From contig JAUSHL010000008.1 of the NCBI GenBank assembly GCA_030648645.1, positions 1 through 45,707 of the forward strand: 45,707 nt of DNA, read 5' to 3'. The translations under genes were made by a program, and so were the position numbers. The notes beneath the pieces are model-generated. The model did no database searches. It had not been told where the DNA came from and saw only the letters and a program-made list of their open reading frames with translations. Below are positions 16,211 to 26,123 of the stretch, piece after piece (position 1 is the first letter of the stretch; each line of letters begins with the position of its first letter). The stretch is from Candidatus Daviesbacteria bacterium (GTDB taxonomy: Bacteria > Patescibacteriota > Microgenomatia > Daviesbacterales > UBA10151).

Positions 16211-16215
16211 CTATT

Positions 16216-16968
16216 ATGCTAATCTGGATCATTTTATTTTTTGCTGTTTTAATCGCCTCATTTATTTTGGCTCTAAAATCTATGGGTGATTATCAGGATC
16301 AACCTTTGGGATTAGGATTAAAATATTCCTTATTTCTAATTAAAAATCCAACAGCTTTAAATACATCATTATTGGAAGAAATTTATCATGAATCGTTAAA
16401 AAATAATGCCATTATTACTTTAGAAAAACTTTTTAATGGAGATAAAAATGCCTTGGTAATTTTTGCTCCTAAAAGATTAACTGATAAACTCAATACAACT
16501 TTAGATTTATTGGAGCTGGAGGATTATTCTTTAAAAGAAGTAAGTAATTTTCATGCTTTAGAAATCGGAAGTAAAAATCTTTCTCCTAAAATTTTGGAAC
16601 AGGATTTTCATTTTAAATTATCAGAATTACAAGAAGGTGAACAATTATGGTGGCAAATAGTTTTAAAACCCAAAGTAATAAACCGTCAATGTAAAAATAA
16701 AGAAGTTTATTTTCAAACTGTAATCAGGGTAATTTTATTGACAGCAGATAAAGCTAAGGAACAGGAATTAGATGAAATATTATCTACCAAAGGAAAAGAT
16801 TTAGGACTTATTGTTTTACCTCAGGCTTATTCCGGCATTGAATTGTTAAAATTTTATCAACAAAGAATCTTACCTTTAAATTATATTAAAGAACTAGGAG
16901 AAGAGGCATTACCTTTTATAACCGATAAGCAGATCATTGCTTTATTAAATGTACGAACACATGGTTAG
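16216..16968 (+). CDS. N-terminally anchored hypothetical protein
   Basis: Single TM helix at the N-terminus. No motif recognised. Confidence 0.5.
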   Translation: MLIWIILFFAVLIASFILALKSMGDYQDQPLGLGLKYSLFLIKNPTALNTSLLEEIYHESLKNNAIITLEKLFNGDKNALVIFAPKRLTDKLNTTLDLLELEDYSLKEVSNFHALEIGSKNLSPKILEQDFHFKLSELQEGEQLWWQIVLKPKVINRQCKNKEVYFQTVIRVILLTADKAKEQELDEILSTKGKDLGLIVLPQAYSGIELLKFYQQRILPLNYIKELGEEALPFITDKQIIALLNVRTHG

Positions 16969-16969
16969 T

Positions 16970-17746
16970 TTAGGATGATTCTTCATCATCCGAAAAAACT
17001 ATTTCTTCATCAATATCGTTTTGTAAAATAAGATTATTAGAAGCATAAGTAGTAGCAGTAGTGGCTTCAAGATGATCAAGAAATGATGGTTGATTTTTGA
17101 ATCTGGCGGAACAAAAAACTTCTCTGATTAAAATTGATAAGGTATTATTTTTGAGATTTTTGATACAGGCCTGATATTTATTTCCACCTTTGATTAAACG
17201 TAATAAATGCGAAGATAAATCATCTGGTAAAACTCCCAAATAATCTCCGTTATAATCTGTGACAGAAATGCCTCGGTTCTTTTGGATCAGCTGTACAGCC
17301 ATTCCCGGAGAAAGTAAGGATAGTTTTTGTGGTTCTGCCACTTTTAACAGTCCGATTAATTTAGTTTTCCCCGGCTCTTCGATAAAAAGATCACCACTGA
17401 TTGATGTTAATTGAGTATTAGATTGATTATTTCTAATTAAAATAGAATGTTTTTTACCACCTTTTTTACGGCAGATTTCAATTCTTTTTATAAATTTTGC
17501 AGCAATTTGATTATATGGGTCAATTTCTAAAGCACTTTCGAAAGATTTTTTTGATTTCAGTAAATTACCTATCTCGAAATTAGCTCTTCCTAATCGGTTT
17601 AAGGCATCGATATTTTTAGGGTCAAGTTCTATTAATTGTTGATTTAAATCAATAGCTTCTTCCCAGTTGCAAGACATTGCAGCTTTAATTGCTTGTTGGG
17701 TGATGGCAGTTGAGGATTCATCCATTAGGGAGAAAGTATATAACAA
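16970..17746 (-). CDS. TPR-repeat protein with beta-rich C-terminal domain
   Basis: TPR-like AIDLNQQLIELDPKNIDALNRLGRANFEIGN.. repeats. TTG start at 17746, or alternatively the ATG at 17725. Confidence 0.55.
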   Translation of the reverse strand: MLYTFSLMDESSTAITQQAIKAAMSCNWEEAIDLNQQLIELDPKNIDALNRLGRANFEIGNLLKSKKSFESALEIDPYNQIAAKFIKRIEICRKKGGKKHSILIRNNQSNTQLTSISGDLFIEEPGKTKLIGLLKVAEPQKLSLLSPGMAVQLIQKNRGISVTDYNGDYLGVLPDDLSSHLLRLIKGGNKYQACIKNLKNNTLSILIREVFCSARFKNQPSFLDHLEATTATTYASNNLILQNDIDEEIVFSDDEESS

Positions 17747-17788
17747 AATCTAATTTTTATGCAAGATAGATGTTTTAAAATAATCTTT

Positions 17789-17815
17789 CAACATCGGGGT
17801 CAATCCCCGATGTTG
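17789..17815. repeat. perfect 11-bp-stem hairpin CAACATCGGGG-TCAAT-CCCCGATGTTG in a divergent intergenic region
   Basis: Read directly. It lies between the 5' ends of the 16970..17746(-) and 17911..18618(+) genes. Confidence 0.85.
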
Positions 17816-17910
17816 CATGGCTAAAAAGACAATATCTTCCCATATCCGAAGTGGAATTTAATCTAAAAAACATCAACATCAAGTAGTGTATAATACTCAG
17901 AATTGATGTT

Positions 17911-18618
17911 ATGAAGTCTGGTGAAATAGATAATTATGCCCATCACACAAAAGCCTACTCACGATTTGCAGGTCAATCATTTAGTTGGAGATATATTGAG
18001 AAACCTGCATTCGATAGAAATCTCCCTGATAGTATTTATCAAAATAGTCCATTGATTATCGATCTGGGTTCTGGAAGTGGAAGAATTATTGAATACCATC
18101 TTCTAAGGGGTGCTGACCCTTTAAAATTAACTGGGATTGATGCCAGTGCATCGATGATTGAAACTACTATTGATAATTATTCACAAGTAAATTTTATTCA
18201 TTCCTCTATGCAGAACTTAAAAACTTCTCAAAACAGTATAGATTTAGTAACGAGTAATTTATCTTTTCGGTATTTAGATAATCAAGAAATGTTATGTATG
18301 TTTAAAAAAATTAAGTTCATGTTGAAACCGGAAGGAACGCTATTCTTTTTAGATGTACATCCTATTAGATATGGATTGGCTAATGGTTTTGACAGATACT
18401 ATCAAGAGACGAAAAGACATGTTCCTACTCCTTGGGGTGGTGAAGATAGCTACTACTACCGTACTTTATCTACTTATATAAACACAGTTGTTGAGGCAGG
18501 TTTAATTATTCGGGCAGTTGATGAATGTCCAGTGAATTTAGGGGGACAAAAAGCTAATACAAATGAGTATCGGAAATATAATACTCCTGCACGTTTTGCT
18601 ATTTTAGCTGTAAAATGA
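17911..18618 (+). CDS. class I SAM-dependent methyltransferase
   Basis: Motif I IIDLGSGSGR and post-I GIDAS. Motif II/III region DLVTSNLSF ... LKPEGTLFF. Confidence 0.75.
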   Translation: MKSGEIDNYAHHTKAYSRFAGQSFSWRYIEKPAFDRNLPDSIYQNSPLIIDLGSGSGRIIEYHLLRGADPLKLTGIDASASMIETTIDNYSQVNFIHSSMQNLKTSQNSIDLVTSNLSFRYLDNQEMLCMFKKIKFMLKPEGTLFFLDVHPIRYGLANGFDRYYQETKRHVPTPWGGEDSYYYRTLSTYINTVVEAGLIIRAVDECPVNLGGQKANTNEYRKYNTPARFAILAVK

Positions 18619-18672
18619 TTTTTGTGATTTTAACTTGCAAAAAGTACCATTAGAAGCTATCATCAGTAAGTT

Positions 18673-19443
18673 ATGTCAGGACATTCTAAATGGAGTACTA
18701 TCAAGAGGGCGAAAGGGACTGCAGATATTAAAAAAGGCATGGTATTTACCAAATTAGCCAATGCCATTGCACTTGCTGCAAGAGCAGGAAATTCCGGTGA
18801 TGTGAACTCTAATCCAAGACTGCGGACTGTTTTAGAAGATGCCAAAAAAGTGAATATGCCCAAAGAAAATGTCCAAAGAGCAATCGATCGGGGACTGGGA
18901 AAATTACCCGGACAAACTATTGAAGAAGTAACTTATGAAGGTTTTGGTCCGGGCAAAGTTGCTTTTTATTTAGAAGGGGTAACCGATAATAAACTAAGGA
19001 CAAATTCGGAAATTAAAAATCTTTTTGAAAAAAGCGGAGGAAATTTAGGGAGTTTGGGTAGTGTGGCTTATATGTTTGATAAAAAGGGAGAGATAAGAAT
19101 TAAGTCTCAAGTGACAAGTGGTAAAAGTCAAGATGAAGAGATGCTGGAATTAATAGATTTAGGGGCAGGGGATGTAGAAGAGTATCTTGAGGATGAAGTA
19201 CAGAAATATCTTGTGTATACAGAAATTACTCAATTAAATAATGTGAGTACAAAAATTACTCAATCTGGATTTGAGGTAGAATCTGCCGAGATTATAATGA
19301 AACCAAATATAATTGTCAATATTTCTGACAAAGAAATTGCTGAAAAAGTAATGGAGTTTACAGAGAAATTAGAAGAACACGATGATATTCAAAAAGTTTT
19401 TGCCAATTTTGAAATCGATGAAGAGTTGATGAGTAGTCTTTAG
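18673..19443 (+). CDS. yebC: YebC/PmpR-family transcriptional regulator
   Basis: MSGHSKWSTIKRAKG..D..K N-terminus is diagnostic of the family. Located upstream of ruvC, as in many bacteria. Confidence 0.9.
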   Translation: MSGHSKWSTIKRAKGTADIKKGMVFTKLANAIALAARAGNSGDVNSNPRLRTVLEDAKKVNMPKENVQRAIDRGLGKLPGQTIEEVTYEGFGPGKVAFYLEGVTDNKLRTNSEIKNLFEKSGGNLGSLGSVAYMFDKKGEIRIKSQVTSGKSQDEEMLELIDLGAGDVEEYLEDEVQKYLVYTEITQLNNVSTKITQSGFEVESAEIIMKPNIIVNISDKEIAEKVMEFTEKLEEHDDIQKVFANFEIDEELMSSL

Positions 19444-19454
19444 CGAAACTTCTC

Positions 19455-19470
19455 TCCGGCATTTGCCGGA
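19455..19470. repeat. family-A sub-hairpin TCCGGCATTTGCCGGA just after the yebC stop
   Basis: One-mismatch copy of the TCCGGCAATTGCCGGA core seen in family-A elements. No T-run follows, so it is not a canonical terminator. Confidence 0.6.
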
Positions 19471-19518
19471 TCGAAGAATAATATTGTTCGAACATAGTGA
19501 GAACATACAATAAAAATT

Positions 19519-20070
19519 ATGATAATACTTGGTATAGATCCTGGAACAGCTACAACCGGTTATGGTTTGATAAAAATCCCAGAGGATATTTTAAGCCGTG
19601 AATTTGATTATGATATCGAACTCATTGATTATGGTTTTATTACCACACCAAAAGATACTTTGATGGAAAAACGTTTGGTTTTATTGCATCATGAACTGGA
19701 AAAAATTGTGGATAATTTTAAACCGGATGCAATCGTGATTGAGATGTTATTTTTTGGAGCAAATACCAGAACAGCTATTTCTGTAGGTCAGGCTAGGGGA
19801 GTACTAATGCTTTCGGCAGGGATGAGAGGTATTCCTATACATGAATACACTGGTCCTCAGGTAAAATTAATGGTAGCAGGAGGTGGGAGAGCAGATAAAC
19901 AACAAGTACATGAAGGAGTGAGAAATTTTTTAGGGAAGAAAAATAATAAATATAAAGAACTAATGAAGCCAATGTCAGGATTAAAAAGACGCGATAAGAA
20001 GTTTTCCGATGATGCTATCGATGCTTTAGCAATCGCGATTTGTCATGTTTTAAAAATAGTGAATAAATAA
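19519..20070 (+). CDS. ruvC: Holliday junction resolvase RuvC
   Basis: IILGIDPGTATTGYG, EMLFFG and DDAIDALAIAICH catalytic acidic motifs. Confidence 0.9.
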   Translation: MIILGIDPGTATTGYGLIKIPEDILSREFDYDIELIDYGFITTPKDTLMEKRLVLLHHELEKIVDNFKPDAIVIEMLFFGANTRTAISVGQARGVLMLSAGMRGIPIHEYTGPQVKLMVAGGGRADKQQVHEGVRNFLGKKNNKYKELMKPMSGLKRRDKKFSDDAIDALAIAICHVLKIVNK

Positions 20071-20082
20071 AAATAAACTAAT

Positions 20083-20877
20083 ATGAAAATTAAAATTAAA
20101 AAATTAAATTTAAATAAGAGAGAAAAAATTATTATTACCTCAATAATATTATCAATTGGACTTCTATCTACTCAGCTTGTGCCATTTTATTTAACATACA
20201 GATTTATTTTAGGATTGACAGTACTGGCGTATATTCTTTCTTATTGGGCATTAGCAGAGGGAATGGATAAGCTGAAAGCTGTAGTTTTATTAATTTTACC
20301 AACACTGTTTACTTTAGCTATTGCCAGTTATTATTTTATATTACCGGTCCGGTGGTTAACCAGACTTCCGGTAACTTTTCTATTTGGTATAACTTTTTAC
20401 TTTTTACTTTTATCTCAGAATATTTTTAATGTAGCATCATCAAGAACAATTCCTCTTTATAGAGTAGCCTCGACCACAATCTTGATTTTAACATTAATCA
20501 CAGCTTTTTCCTTGTTTAATGTAATGTTTACTTTACATATGTTATTTATTTTTAATGGACTGGGAATTTTTTTAATTAGCTTTCCTTTAATTCTACAGGT
20601 GATTTGGTCAATTGAAATGGAAAAATTAAACAGTCTGGTATTGGTTTATACTACTATTTTAGCATTACTGGTAGCTGAATTTGGAATTATATTTTCTTTT
20701 TGGCCAATCTCACCCCTGATGAGTTCAGTAGTTCTTTCGACAACTTTATACATTGTATTAGGAATTAGCACTCATACATTTAGAGAAAGATTAAATAGAG
20801 GAGTAGTATGGGAATATTTAGGTTGGGGAATCTTAATTTTTCTAATAGCCTTCTTTTTTACTTCCTGGAAAGGATAA
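20083..20877 (+). CDS. polytopic membrane protein, function unknown
   Basis: About 7 hydrophobic segments. ATG start. Confidence 0.6.
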   Translation: MKIKIKKLNLNKREKIIITSIILSIGLLSTQLVPFYLTYRFILGLTVLAYILSYWALAEGMDKLKAVVLLILPTLFTLAIASYYFILPVRWLTRLPVTFLFGITFYFLLLSQNIFNVASSRTIPLYRVASTTILILTLITAFSLFNVMFTLHMLFIFNGLGIFLISFPLILQVIWSIEMEKLNSLVLVYTTILALLVAEFGIIFSFWPISPLMSSVVLSTTLYIVLGISTHTFRERLNRGVVWEYLGWGILIFLIAFFFTSWKG

Positions 20878-21648
20878 TACAATTAATCTAATTTCTAATT
20901 TCTAATGAGGGGAGAAAGGGGAGTAGAGAGCATAATAACCAGCTAAAGTAGGTGATATAGTTTGATATCTTTGATAAATATTAAAAACTATAAGACATTT
21001 TCTGTGCCTAAATATTGCGGTAAATAATATTATCAATTCTAAATATAAAGTAGTGTAATACCATGTAATGTAAGATAGGGGTATCCTCTTTTTGTTCTCT
21101 GTCGTTTCGAATTATTGGTCATTGTGGACAACTGCCAATCCAGCAACTGCCGGATTTTCACGCGTGAAAAAAACACGAAACCGACATCAGAGTAGAAGAG
21201 TGGCATTGTGTTTTTGGGTAAACCAATGGTGCATTTATACTGAGATTAAAGAGTTACTGCACTCTGAGTGGAGTGTATCTTGAGTTACCTCTATTTCATC
21301 AGCTTTTCTGACTCCTCAATTGTCTTGTCGCACAATATTAATATATCAGATTTATGGAGGGATTTCTATTCTGGATCAAAAAGTTTATTAATAAAAAAAG
21401 AGAAAAAATATATGAATTTTTTACTCTATAATTCTACCCTCAAAAATCCTACTTTTTATTTTTCATATCATTTTTCATAACCATAAATTTTAGTAACTAA
21501 CAAAATACCCTTTAGGGCTCTATGACAACCTAAACTTAGATGGTGTAATATACCACTTATCCCCTTTGCGGGCGTTTTAGAGGCCTTCTAGAGCCTCGTG
21601 CCTAGACAGCCTGGAGGAGGATGATGTTTTACCTAAAAATATCATAAT

Positions 21649-21729
21649 GTCATTGCGAGCGACTGAAAGGAGCATGGCAATCTCTAAAAATGAATAAGAT
21701 TGCTTCGTCGTTATACTCCTCGCAATGAC
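21649..21729. repeat. family-A palindromic element, intergenic copy (81 nt)
   Basis: GTCATTGCGAG..GGCAATCTC-loop-AGATTGCTTCGTCG..CTCGCAATGAC. Confidence 0.9.
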
Positions 21730-21808
21730 GAAAAATAACTATGATCTTGACAGTTATTGATTTTCAGCTTATCATTATTCGTATAATCATCCTTATGTGC
21801 ATACAACA

Positions 21809-22780
21809 ATGAATACCTTTGATAAACAAAATTTAAATAATTTAGAAGGCATTGATGACTTCTTTGTTTATTTGCAAACTAACAACTATTCTCCGAAAAC
21901 TTTATATAGCTATGAAAAAGATTTATATATATTTTCCCATTTTTTAACTTTGCGTAGAATTTCTATCTTTGATTTGGATAAAAAATTGATTAATGAATTT
22001 AAAGCTTATGTAGCTTCAGATGATCGTCAAACTTCAGGTGGTGCAGATATGAAAAAAGAAAGGATTTCTTCTGCCAGTCTTAATCGTTGTTTATCAGCCG
22101 TCCGTGCGTATGTCCGTTTCTTAATTGATACTGATATTAAGTGTCCGGTATCTCCTGATCAATTTAAAATGGTTAAAAGAGAAAGACCTCATCCCCATGT
22201 GGCTGATTTAAATGAAATTATTTCATTGATTGAATCCCCTTCAAAGTTTGAAAATGATCTTATCATAGCCTCAAGAAACCGAGCTATTTTGGAAGTTTTG
22301 TTTGCTACAGGAATGAGAATATCTGAACTGGTATCTTTAAACAAAAGAGATATTAATGATTCGGGTAGAATTTTCATTACCGGTAAGGGTAGAAAACAAA
22401 GATTTGTTTATTTAACTGAACGGGCTCAAACAGAACTTGATGTTTATCTTAAGTTAAGAGAAGACAATCAACAGGCTTTATTTGTCCCCACGAAGGGTAA
22501 AACAATAAATAATTCACAACGGAGAATATCTTCAAGATATATTCAAGATAAAATTCAACATTATCGGGAACAATTAAAAATTGATCTACCTATTAGTCCC
22601 CATGCACTTCGTCATGGTTTTGCTACTTATTTGGCAGAAGAGGGGGCTTCTCCTGCTGCTATTCAGATATTATTAGGTCATGAATCTCTCAATACTACTA
22701 CCCGTTATATCAATGCTTCTGATAAATTTGCCGAAGAAACACATCGTAAATACCACCCCCTTTCCAAAAATGAAAACTGA
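21809..22780 (+). CDS. tyrosine recombinase (XerC/XerD-like)
   Basis: ATGMRISEL (Arg I), HALRHGFAT (H-x-x-R), LLGHESLNTTTRY (His and catalytic Tyr). The ORF is open from GTG 21797; ATG 21809 is preferred. Confidence 0.85.
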   Translation: MNTFDKQNLNNLEGIDDFFVYLQTNNYSPKTLYSYEKDLYIFSHFLTLRRISIFDLDKKLINEFKAYVASDDRQTSGGADMKKERISSASLNRCLSAVRAYVRFLIDTDIKCPVSPDQFKMVKRERPHPHVADLNEIISLIESPSKFENDLIIASRNRAILEVLFATGMRISELVSLNKRDINDSGRIFITGKGRKQRFVYLTERAQTELDVYLKLREDNQQALFVPTKGKTINNSQRRISSRYIQDKIQHYREQLKIDLPISPHALRHGFATYLAEEGASPAAIQILLGHESLNTTTRYINASDKFAEETHRKYHPLSKNEN

Positions 22781-22913
22781 AGATTTTGCCCCCATTTTCT
22801 ATAGCAATGATTCTTCGTCGCACAATATTGTTTCCCTGCCTGTATTCTGTTTGATTTGATTTTGTAAAATGATTGACAAACATTGAGCTTTACATATAAA
22901 CTGGAAGGAACAT

Positions 22914-23642
22914 ATGGAAATGCCAGAATTTATAAATCCACTCCCCGATCATATTGAAATGTCTGAAAAAAAACTATTTTCTAAAAAAAATGTAATGACT
23001 TTTTTAGTCATTGCAATTGGGCTTTTGGTAATACCTTTTTCTGTGAGAATGTTGGAACAGGCCAATATTATACAAATTAAAGCTACAGGTGATGAAATTA
23101 CTTTTGTGCAGGGAGACAATATTGATTGTACTACCGGAAATACTTGCAAGGCTATTGGTACTAAATTTCAGGTACTTCTAAAATCACCTCTAGGTCCTCC
23201 CGGAACTCCTGTTCCGACTCAGCCTCCGACAGTTACTCCACTTCCAACAATCACTCCTGGAGGACCAACCCCAACTCCAGTTCCAGTTAATTTATTAAAT
23301 GCCAATATGCAAAACAGAACTTTACCGGATGGTACACCAACAGGAAGTGGTCCGGATCATTATGCCATTAATGAGCCTTGGTTCTACGACCCTGGAACTT
23401 ACACATTATCAGGTAGCGGTGTATGTACAGGTAATGGATGTACTTGGGATATCAGAGCTGATACATATTTCGTAAATTCGGATGGAGTAACTCCTGATTC
23501 CCAAAGAGGAACTCAAAACTCTTATCGTAATACTACCTTTACCCTCCCTGCTGGTCAAATGTTTACAGTTATCCTGCAACTAAAATCAGGTGATACAGCT
23601 ACTTTTTCTAATGTCAGTTTAGTTCGCATCTCTACACAATGA
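22914..23642 (+). CDS. membrane-anchored surface protein with Pro/Thr-rich linker
   Basis: TM helix near the N-terminus, PGTPVPTQPPTVTPLPTITPGGPTPTPVPV linker, beta-rich C-domain. Confidence 0.6.
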   Translation: MEMPEFINPLPDHIEMSEKKLFSKKNVMTFLVIAIGLLVIPFSVRMLEQANIIQIKATGDEITFVQGDNIDCTTGNTCKAIGTKFQVLLKSPLGPPGTPVPTQPPTVTPLPTITPGGPTPTPVPVNLLNANMQNRTLPDGTPTGSGPDHYAINEPWFYDPGTYTLSGSGVCTGNGCTWDIRADTYFVNSDGVTPDSQRGTQNSYRNTTFTLPAGQMFTVILQLKSGDTATFSNVSLVRISTQ

Positions 23643-23650
23643 AATAATTT

Positions 23651-25492
23651 ATGAAAAAAATATTTTTACAAATTTTAATAGTTTTACCAATGCTTCTTGC
23701 AGTGATATTGATTAAACCGTCACAGGTTGATGCTTGGTATGGTTGTAGTGATCAAACTCAGCGGAAAATTACAGCTTGTGGAGCGGATCCAAATCATCCG
23801 AATGAGGAAGCATATGAATATACTTGCACTGCATGTAATTCGCTTGATTCTGGGGCATGTGGTGCGCAGTGCCCAGTAAATGGCGGTGCTCCCATAGGTA
23901 CCTGTACATGGGGAGGATGGCAACCATGTAATAATAGTGGAACTGGACCAACAGGGACTATTTCTTGTGTTAATAATCCTACTTGTACTGTCACTCAATT
24001 TAATAATGGTGTCGGATCTGTTGATTTGGATATTAAATGGCAGAATTGGAAGGAGTGTCAGGATGTGGGAGTTTTACCACCTGGTGAGACTCTTTGTTAT
24101 TATGTAGGTGCCGAGTTATGTGTCTTAAGCGAGGATGGGGTAGAAAAAATTGTCAGAAGTGGTGGTAGTATACCGGGTAGACCAAGTATTTTTCCTAATG
24201 GAGGATATGATAATCCGGAATTTACAAATATTCCCTGGATTCAACCTGGTAAGAGTATTAAATTTTCACTTTATGAAACAGGCTATACCTGTGACAGTTT
24301 TGCTAATTGCCGGGAAAATGGTGAATATAAAAGAAGACAATGTAGAGGTAAACTTATTGCCACACAGACGGTTACAGGTGTTTCTGCAGGCCCTACTAGC
24401 ACTCCTGTTCCAACCACTTCAACTGCTTTTTATAGAGTTTCAACTGCTCCTTTTGGTACCAGTAATAATCCGGAATGGAAAGCTTATTCTGATAATGCAG
24501 GTATGACTGCAGATGTAGATTTTGGTGATGTAGCAATGGGGACAAAACTGACAGTTTATGCTCAATTTAAAAGTACAACCGGAGAAATTAAAAGTTTTAG
24601 TAAAGAAATAGAATATATTGGTACTGATCCGGTTACTTCCAGTATTGAATGTAGTTATTCCCCGACCGGTGAAGGAACTGAAGTGAAAATTTTGGGAGAA
24701 AATTTTGGTGATCAGGGATCAAAAAGTAAAGTTACTTTTAATAGTCAAACAGCCCAGATTATCTCTTGGGGAAATCAAATGAATCCAACTTATACTCCTG
24801 TTCCAACTAATCCGACGATTGCCGAACCAACATCGACAGCTTCTGCATCTGTAATAGTTTTAGGAATTTCCAGTAAATCAACAGTTTTAGCCAAGATTAG
24901 TGATAAATTGAAAGAAAATCTGGCTATTCCGGTGTTTTTGGAAACCAATAGTGGCAGAAGAGCTCCCAAAACCGGACAATTATATTGCACCATCAATGTC
25001 ACAACTGTTAATTTTGTGGCTTTAACAGCCTGCCGTCCTCCGGCTAATTTTGGTGGTGAAACCAGAGTGCAGATTTATGAAAATACGGCCAATGCCAAAC
25101 CTATTTTTGATAAAAAAGTTTTGGTAGGAAATGATGGCACCATGGGTTGGGCTCCCTCCTCTGCTTTGCCAATTGTGGAAGTAGGTAAAAAATATGTCCT
25201 AATTATCAAAGGTCCAAAAGGTATTGCCATCAAAAAAGAATTTACAGCTCAAACAGGATCAACAATCTTAAGTGATATTGCTTTACCGGTTGGTGATATT
25301 GCCCCAATTGCAAATCCTGACAACACAGTTAATTCATTGGATTATTCAGAACTCAAAAGAGAATGGAATGCAGTCACTGATGTTACCCGGGCCGGAGATT
25401 TTAATATGGACAATAGAATTAATAGTTTTGATTATTCCTGTATGAGAAATAGTTTCAATATAACAGGAGCTCAATTTTTAACTGGACAATAA
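23651..25492 (+). CDS. secreted multidomain protein: Cys-rich N-domain, IPT/TIG-like domain, C-terminal dockerin-like repeats
   Basis: Signal peptide ending VDA. PTSTPVPTTS linker. TIG-like SIECSYSPTGEGTEVKILGENFG. Paired Ca-loop-like repeats GDIAPIANPDNTVNSLDYSEL and GDFNMDNRINSFDYSCM. Confidence 0.6.
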   Translation: MKKIFLQILIVLPMLLAVILIKPSQVDAWYGCSDQTQRKITACGADPNHPNEEAYEYTCTACNSLDSGACGAQCPVNGGAPIGTCTWGGWQPCNNSGTGPTGTISCVNNPTCTVTQFNNGVGSVDLDIKWQNWKECQDVGVLPPGETLCYYVGAELCVLSEDGVEKIVRSGGSIPGRPSIFPNGGYDNPEFTNIPWIQPGKSIKFSLYETGYTCDSFANCRENGEYKRRQCRGKLIATQTVTGVSAGPTSTPVPTTSTAFYRVSTAPFGTSNNPEWKAYSDNAGMTADVDFGDVAMGTKLTVYAQFKSTTGEIKSFSKEIEYIGTDPVTSSIECSYSPTGEGTEVKILGENFGDQGSKSKVTFNSQTAQIISWGNQMNPTYTPVPTNPTIAEPTSTASASVIVLGISSKSTVLAKISDKLKENLAIPVFLETNSGRRAPKTGQLYCTINVTTVNFVALTACRPPANFGGETRVQIYENTANAKPIFDKKVLVGNDGTMGWAPSSALPIVEVGKKYVLIIKGPKGIAIKKEFTAQTGSTILSDIALPVGDIAPIANPDNTVNSLDYSELKREWNAVTDVTRAGDFNMDNRINSFDYSCMRNSFNITGAQFLTGQ

Positions 25493-25517
25493 GTCTAGAT
25501 TATGATTCAATAAAGTT

Positions 25518-26123
25518 ATGATAATTCTGTCCAAAATTAAAGCATTTTTATTTTCAGGATACAGGTGGATTTTTACCTTGCTTGCTGTGGCTATAATTGC
25601 AGAACTGATCTGGGCTTTTAGAACTTTGGGTGGTAATGTATCTACGACATTACCTATTGCTATAACTAACCCGGCTGTATCCACGTCAACAACTGTGCAA
25701 AATGGTTCAATTACTTTAACTGCCCCTAAAGCAAGTTTCAGTGTTGGAGAAAAAATCCCTGTTAGTATTAATATTGATTCAATAAAGGCTACAGATGGGG
25801 CTGATATAATTATTAGTTATGACCCAAAGTTGTTGACAGTAAGTGGTCCTGTGGAAGTCGAAAAAATGTATGATGACTATCCTTTAAATGTTTTTGATAA
25901 TGCTACAGGTAAGATTTCTGTATCGGGAATAAGCAGTAATCCTAATGGCAAAGTTGCCAAAGGTGTATTGGGAACAGTCATTTTGGAGGCTAAAGCTCCC
26001 GGAAAAACCCAAATTAGTGTTGATTTTATAAAAGATAGTACCACTGATTCCAATATTATTGAAACTAAAACAAGCAAGGAATTGCTAGGCAAAGTTGGGA
26101 ATTTGGAGGTGGAGATTAAATGA
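25518..26123 (+). CDS. N-terminally anchored cohesin-domain protein
   Basis: TM helix, then SITLTAPKASFSVGEKIPVSINID..DGADIIISYDPKLLTV..GVLGTVILEAKAPGKTQISVDF, a cohesin-like pattern. Confidence 0.55.
   Translation: MIILSKIKAFLFSGYRWIFTLLAVAIIAELIWAFRTLGGNVSTTLPIAITNPAVSTSTTVQNGSITLTAPKASFSVGEKIPVSINIDSIKATDGADIIISYDPKLLTVSGPVEVEKMYDDYPLNVFDNATGKISVSGISSNPNGKVAKGVLGTVILEAKAPGKTQISVDFIKDSTTDSNIIETKTSKELLGKVGNLEVEIK

Noticed and set aside
21092-21480. Two overlapping plus-strand ORFs (63 and 70 aa) in the long non-coding region
   Set aside because: They have no SD and a low-complexity or repeat-derived sequence (decayed family-A arm). The first starts at a non-ATG codon. They are treated as non-coding.
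23720-25002. Several ORFs inside the 23651..25492 gene (23720..23998, 23769..23951, 23794..23994, 24150..24506, 24790..25002)
   Set aside because: All are nested in or antisense to the long secreted-protein ORF, which has a signal peptide and recognisable domains.
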